A stretch of 30,272 nt of DNA from contig JBHIAV010000035.1 of assembly GCA_046758745.1 (NCBI GenBank), positions 1 to 30,272 of the forward strand, written 5' to 3'. Positions 26,385-30,272 of the stretch are shown here, piece after piece. The DNA is from Gemmatimonadota bacterium. GTDB lineage: Bacteria; Gemmatimonadota; Gemmatimonadetes; Palauibacterales; Palauibacteraceae. The notes beneath the pieces are model-generated. The model did no database searches and was not told where the DNA came from. It was given only the letters and a program-made list of their open reading frames with translations. The position numbers and the translations under genes are program-made. Every line of letters begins with the position of its first letter. The stretch's first letter is position 1.

Positions 26385-27575
26385 TCACAACACCTCCAAC
26401 TCGGCGTCCACGTCGAGCGCCGATCGCGAGACGAATCGCGCCGCGCCTGTCACACGCGCGGCGAGCTCGGGACCCACCTCCGAGCGGTCCGCGATAACGA
26501 AGCAGATCGGCCCGGCGCCTCCGCCGTGGCCGCCGTCGTCGGCCGCGGCCCCGGTCCGCGCGGCCGCCTTCCCATTCCGCCCTCCTGCGCCGAACAGCCC
26601 GAGGAGCCTCTTGCGCTCCGAGGCGACATGCCGATTCTCCTTCCGCCGAGCCTCGATGGCGCGCAGGAAGCTGGTAACCATCCCCTCACGGCACACCACG
26701 AGCTCGGGCTCCAGCTCGGCGACACGCCCGGCTGCCTCCGCCGAGGTGGCGAACGCCGCGCGGGAGAGACCGTCCGCCCAGCAGGCGTAGAGGATGGCGC
26801 GGGAGAGCATCTCCGGCCGCTCGTCGGCCAGCACCCGCACCCGGCCGCGCGCGGGGGGAAAGCGCCGGAGCACGCTCTCGATGACCCTTACGAGAACGCG
26901 GTGGTCCACCTCGCGTCTGTCCAGCCCCGTCTCCGCATACTCGAACGCGACCACGTCGCCAGGCTCCGCCTCCCGGGCCGAGGTGCGCCACATCGAGGCT
27001 CGCTCGGGCGTGTCCAGGACGCTGCCGTAGTCCATCAGCTTCTCGAAGGGAAGCGATTCCTCTTCCGGATCGGTAGGGCCCCCCATCAGGATCGTCGCTC
27101 GCACGGACTCGGGGAGGCCTCCGGTCAACTTCAGGGCGTTCAGCGACTCGATATCCGGGGCGAAGAGTACCTGAGGGCTCGCATCGGCCAGCACTTCGCC
27201 CACGCGCCGAAGATCCCACTCCGGCCACACCGGGACGCTGATGGCGCCGATGGACCAGCAGCCGCGTTCCACGTAGGCCCACTCCCGGGACAGGGGGAAC
27301 CAGAGGGCCACCGTCTCGCCGCCGCCCACCTGGAGGCGCTGCCGGAGCACGAGCGCGGTCCGAATGGCGCTTCGGTCGGCCCGCCAATCCGGGGTCCCCT
27401 GCCAGCCCCACCCCGTGCGACGCCCCTTCTCCCAGTCGAGGAAGAGCTCGGCCCGGTCGTGGTAGCGGGCGCCGTGGAGTAGCAGGCGGTTCAGCGTGTC
27501 CGGGCCGCGTTCGTCCACGTGCTCGTCACTCGAGTCGGCAGCAACGCCGAACGGGAAAGGTCGTGAATCGCTCAA
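26385..27575 (-). CDS. AMP-binding (long-chain acyl-CoA ligase-like) domain protein, apparently degenerate and truncated
   Basis: N-terminal ANL-like pattern (GETVALW...EW...IGAISVPVW...VLADASPQVLF...EPGDVVAFEY), but the YTSGTTGxPKG loop is replaced and no C-terminal subdomain is evident; TTG start after GGAGG. Confidence 0.7.
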   Translation of the reverse strand: MSDSRPFPFGVAADSSDEHVDERGPDTLNRLLLHGARYHDRAELFLDWEKGRRTGWGWQGTPDWRADRSAIRTALVLRQRLQVGGGETVALWFPLSREWAYVERGCWSIGAISVPVWPEWDLRRVGEVLADASPQVLFAPDIESLNALKLTGGLPESVRATILMGGPTDPEEESLPFEKLMDYGSVLDTPERASMWRTSAREAEPGDVVAFEYAETGLDRREVDHRVLVRVIESVLRRFPPARGRVRVLADERPEMLSRAILYACWADGLSRAAFATSAEAAGRVAELEPELVVCREGMVTSFLRAIEARRKENRHVASERKRLLGLFGAGGRNGKAAARTGAAADDGGHGGGAGPICFVIADRSEVGPELAARVTGAARFVSRSALDVDAELEVL

Positions 27576-27588
27576 CGCCCAGCCTCCG

Positions 27589-28080
27589 TCAATTCCGGAC
27601 CTCTTCCCAGATCCGTTCGATCAGCGGGTCCTCGATGCCCCACAGCTCCATGGCGTGGATGATCGTCCGTATGTATTCCACGCCGGTCCCGACGACCCCG
27701 CGCGCCGAGTGAAGGGCTTCGAGCACCACGCCATTCTCCGGCCACAGGCGCTCGTCCGGAGACGGCAGGTAGCTCCTGGCCTTCCGGCCGCGGCCGCGAG
27801 CGTCGAGCACGCTCACCGCACGGGCCGAGCGCCTTTCCCGCTGCTTCAGGTTGTGAAACAGGAGGCGACGGTCCCCCAACGGGATGCGGAAGAGTACGCC
27901 CTCGCATCCGTCACCCATAACCAGGCCGATCTGCGGGCAGGGGCGCTCCGGGGACCCCCACCGCTGGGTGGATTCTCCGACGAAAGCGCGGCGCATTCCC
28001 TGCACACGGACCCTTTCGCCCTGGTAGGCGGCGAGGGCGTTGTCCCACATCAAGGATCCGTAGGCCAGCAGCCTAGCCAT
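27589..28080 (-). CDS. ChaC-like gamma-glutamylcyclotransferase
   Basis: LLAYGSLMW signature, RWGSPERP, LKQRE (catalytic Glu region), GVVGTGVEY; ATG at 28080. Confidence 0.85.
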   Translation of the reverse strand: MARLLAYGSLMWDNALAAYQGERVRVQGMRRAFVGESTQRWGSPERPCPQIGLVMGDGCEGVLFRIPLGDRRLLFHNLKQRERRSARAVSVLDARGRGRKARSYLPSPDERLWPENGVVLEALHSARGVVGTGVEYIRTIIHAMELWGIEDPLIERIWEEVRN

Positions 28081-28224
28081 TCCAACTCCCGAGAGGACGG
28101 CTCCCAAGATTGCTTCTTACTCCTAATGCTTCCCATTCGGCGGGGGTTCCCGAGTCTCCCCGCGCGTTTTTTCATCGTCCCGGCGGGAGGCAGGAGGTCG
28201 GCCCGCCTTCGGCTGCCCGCGGCT

Positions 28225-29676
28225 TCACGCCGACTGGGTTTCGGGGACCAGGGAGGCGAACCCCGGCGGACGCGAGTCGACCGGAACCTCCAGGTAGGCC
28301 TTCGGGTCGCGCATGTCCTTGAGAGCGCGCAAAAGCCGCCAGAAGACGAACCCGTAGCCGCGTACGTACAGACCAAGGGCGGACTTGATCGCAGACCATC
28401 CTACTCGCTGATGCTTCGCGGTCATGCTGTACAGCCGCGCGAAGCGCTCGTAAAAGCGCTCCAGCGGCAGACGCGTCGGCAGGACGCTGTGCACCACGTC
28501 GTACATCAGGTAGTTGTTCGTCACCAGCTCGCTGCGGTACTGCTCGTACAGCTCCGTGCCCGGGAGCGGCGTGAGGACGGTGAAGACCGGCTGGTCGAGC
28601 CGCATCTCCTCCAGATACGCCTCGAGGCGATCGAAGTCCTCCTCTCCCCACTGCGGGTCGACGATGAACGAGGTCATCGGCCGGATCCCCTTGTCCTGCA
28701 GGATCCGGATCGCCAGGTAGTTCTTCTCCTGGTCGGTCCGCTTGCGAACGGACTCCAGCCCCGCGTCGTCGATCTTCTCTATTCCCAAGAAGATGGTGCG
28801 CAATCCGACGTACCGCCACAGGTCGAACATGTCCTCGTACTTCACCACCAGATCGGCCCGCGTCTCGGCGGAGAAGTTCCGGAACATCCCGGCCGCCTTG
28901 ATCTCGTTCCCCAGCTCCTCGTAGCTCGGCCGGTGAATGAAGGCGATGTCATCGGTGAAGAAGATGTTGTGCTCGGGTACGGTCTCCAGGTCACGCATGA
29001 TGCCCCTGGGGCTACGCCGGCGGGCCCGGCGGGCGTAGAAGATCCACACGCTGCAGAAGTTGCAATCGAACGGACACCCGCGGGACGTCTCCACCGCCGC
29101 CGAGGGCACCCACGAGCCGTGATGGTACCTCCGCCGGTACCGCTGGGTGAGGTGCCTCCCCGGGAGCGGCATCTCGTCCAGGCTCGCGGTCATCATCCGC
29201 GGCTGGAAGCCGTCTCCGCGATTCTCCAGCGTCATCACACCGGGCACCTCCCCGATCGGCTTCCGCGCTGAGAGCGCACGCAACAACGCCTGCGAGGTGT
29301 GCTCGCCTTCGCCGACGACAAGGGCGTCGAAGGGCGTCCCGTCGAACAGGAAGTCGTCGGTCTGCAGACTGGCGTGGTGCCCGCCCGCGAACAGCATCAC
29401 ATCCGGGTCGAGGGCGCGAAGGAAGCCGCTCACATGCAGGGCCGGATACACATCCGTCATGAACTGGGAGGCCACGCCGACCGCGTCCGGTCCGAAGCTC
29501 TCGTATTCCGCCTGCAGGGAGCGCCAGCTGTCGAGGCGCATGTCCACGATCCGAACGTCGTGCCCCTCCTCCTCCAGGGCACCGCCGACGCACTCGAGGC
29601 CCAGAGGCTCGATGCGCAGGATGTTCGTGAAGCCGAAGTTGGTTCCCTGTGGCGGTTGGACGAGGAGGACTTTCAC
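28225..29676 (-). CDS. Cobalamin-dependent radical SAM methyltransferase-like protein (HpnR-like, class B)
   Basis: LRIEPLGLECV, GHDVRIVD, AGGHHAS, GEGE, ETSRGCPFDCNFC (29053-29076), FFTDD, ETRADL, FLGIE, TPLPGT; GTG start after GGAGG. Confidence 0.88.
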   Translation of the reverse strand: MKVLLVQPPQGTNFGFTNILRIEPLGLECVGGALEEEGHDVRIVDMRLDSWRSLQAEYESFGPDAVGVASQFMTDVYPALHVSGFLRALDPDVMLFAGGHHASLQTDDFLFDGTPFDALVVGEGEHTSQALLRALSARKPIGEVPGVMTLENRGDGFQPRMMTASLDEMPLPGRHLTQRYRRRYHHGSWVPSAAVETSRGCPFDCNFCSVWIFYARRARRRSPRGIMRDLETVPEHNIFFTDDIAFIHRPSYEELGNEIKAAGMFRNFSAETRADLVVKYEDMFDLWRYVGLRTIFLGIEKIDDAGLESVRKRTDQEKNYLAIRILQDKGIRPMTSFIVDPQWGEEDFDRLEAYLEEMRLDQPVFTVLTPLPGTELYEQYRSELVTNNYLMYDVVHSVLPTRLPLERFYERFARLYSMTAKHQRVGWSAIKSALGLYVRGYGFVFWRLLRALKDMRDPKAYLEVPVDSRPPGFASLVPETQSA

Positions 29677-29955
29677 GGCGAACCTCCGGAGCTGGGCGGT
29701 GCTCCCTAAGGTGTAACGCGGAAAGTTATAGCTCCGCTGGCAATTGCGCCAGCAATCAGCTAGAAGAACCGCCTCCGCCGCTCTCGTGTTCCCACCGCAG
29801 CGTGCCCCTCTTCTTCACGGGGCGGCTTGCGCCGACGGAGGGACCTCCCACAACCCCTCTCCGCTTCCGCGTCGCGCTGCTCCGGCTCGCTTCCAGCGGA
29901 GTTCTGAAAGAACGAGGCCGCCCCGCGTGTGACAGGGCGGCCCGCACTCCCGGAA

Positions 29956-30030
29956 TGTGCCCGACAGGATTCGAACCTGTGACCTTCGGCTCCGGAGGCC
30001 GACGCTCTATCCAGGCTGAGCTACGGGCAC
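29956..30030 (-). tRNA. tRNA-Arg(CCG)
   Basis: GTGCCCGTAGCTCAGCCTGGATAGAGCGTCGGCCT-CCG-GAGCCGA...GTTCGAATCC...GGGCACA. Confidence 0.96.
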
Positions 30031-30109
30031 CTCGCATCCGTGGGTGAGCCGCGAAAGCCTTGCCTCGGCGGCCCGCCTCCTTGGACGCGGGCCGGAAATC
30101 AGTGCCGGA

Positions 30110-30182
30110 TGCGCCGCCAGGGAATCGAACCCCGAACCTACTGGTTAAGAGCCAGTTGCTCTGCCAATTGAGCTAGCGGCGC
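30110..30182 (-). tRNA. tRNA-Lys(CTT)
   Basis: GCGCCGCTAGCTCAATTGGCAGAGCAACTGGCT-CTT-AACCAGT...GTTCGATTCC...GGCGCA. Confidence 0.96.
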
Positions 30183-30219
30183 ACGGGCCTCCACCGCCGG
30201 AGCCGGCGGCGGGCGCGAG

Positions 30220-30272
<53 letters not shown>

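Noticed and set aside
28140-28173. Hairpin plus T6 resembling an intrinsic terminator
   Set aside because: It is oriented on the plus strand, antisense to the surrounding genes, and the stem is separated from the T-run.

Overview
High-GC bacterial DNA. Gene style suggests Gemmatimonadota or a similar soil/sediment lineage, but this is unverified inference. Left to right the window holds: an RND efflux operon (permease-TolC-MFP, minus strand); a saccharopine-dehydrogenase-like gene; a multi-TM Ser/Thr kinase; a form I aerobic CO dehydrogenase locus (coxG divergent from coxM-S-L-F/xdhC-D-E, CoxL motif AYRCSFR); a class III aminotransferase; an orphan Flp pilin with a sigma54-like promoter; a lower-GC three-gene islet (SAM methyltransferase, flavoprotein, B12/DUF4070-type radical SAM) next to a tRNA cluster; and a four-gene minus-strand cluster between two tRNA clusters. 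That last cluster is the most interesting. It encodes an HpnR-like cobalamin radical SAM enzyme, a ChaC-like cyclotransferase, a catalytically degenerate acyl-CoA-ligase-like protein, and a bacterial homolog of the archaeal tetraether synthase Tes/GDGT-MAS (MJ0619). It is a candidate membrane-spanning lipid (brGDGT-type) synthesis and methylation module. All family calls come from reading motifs by eye; no searches were run.
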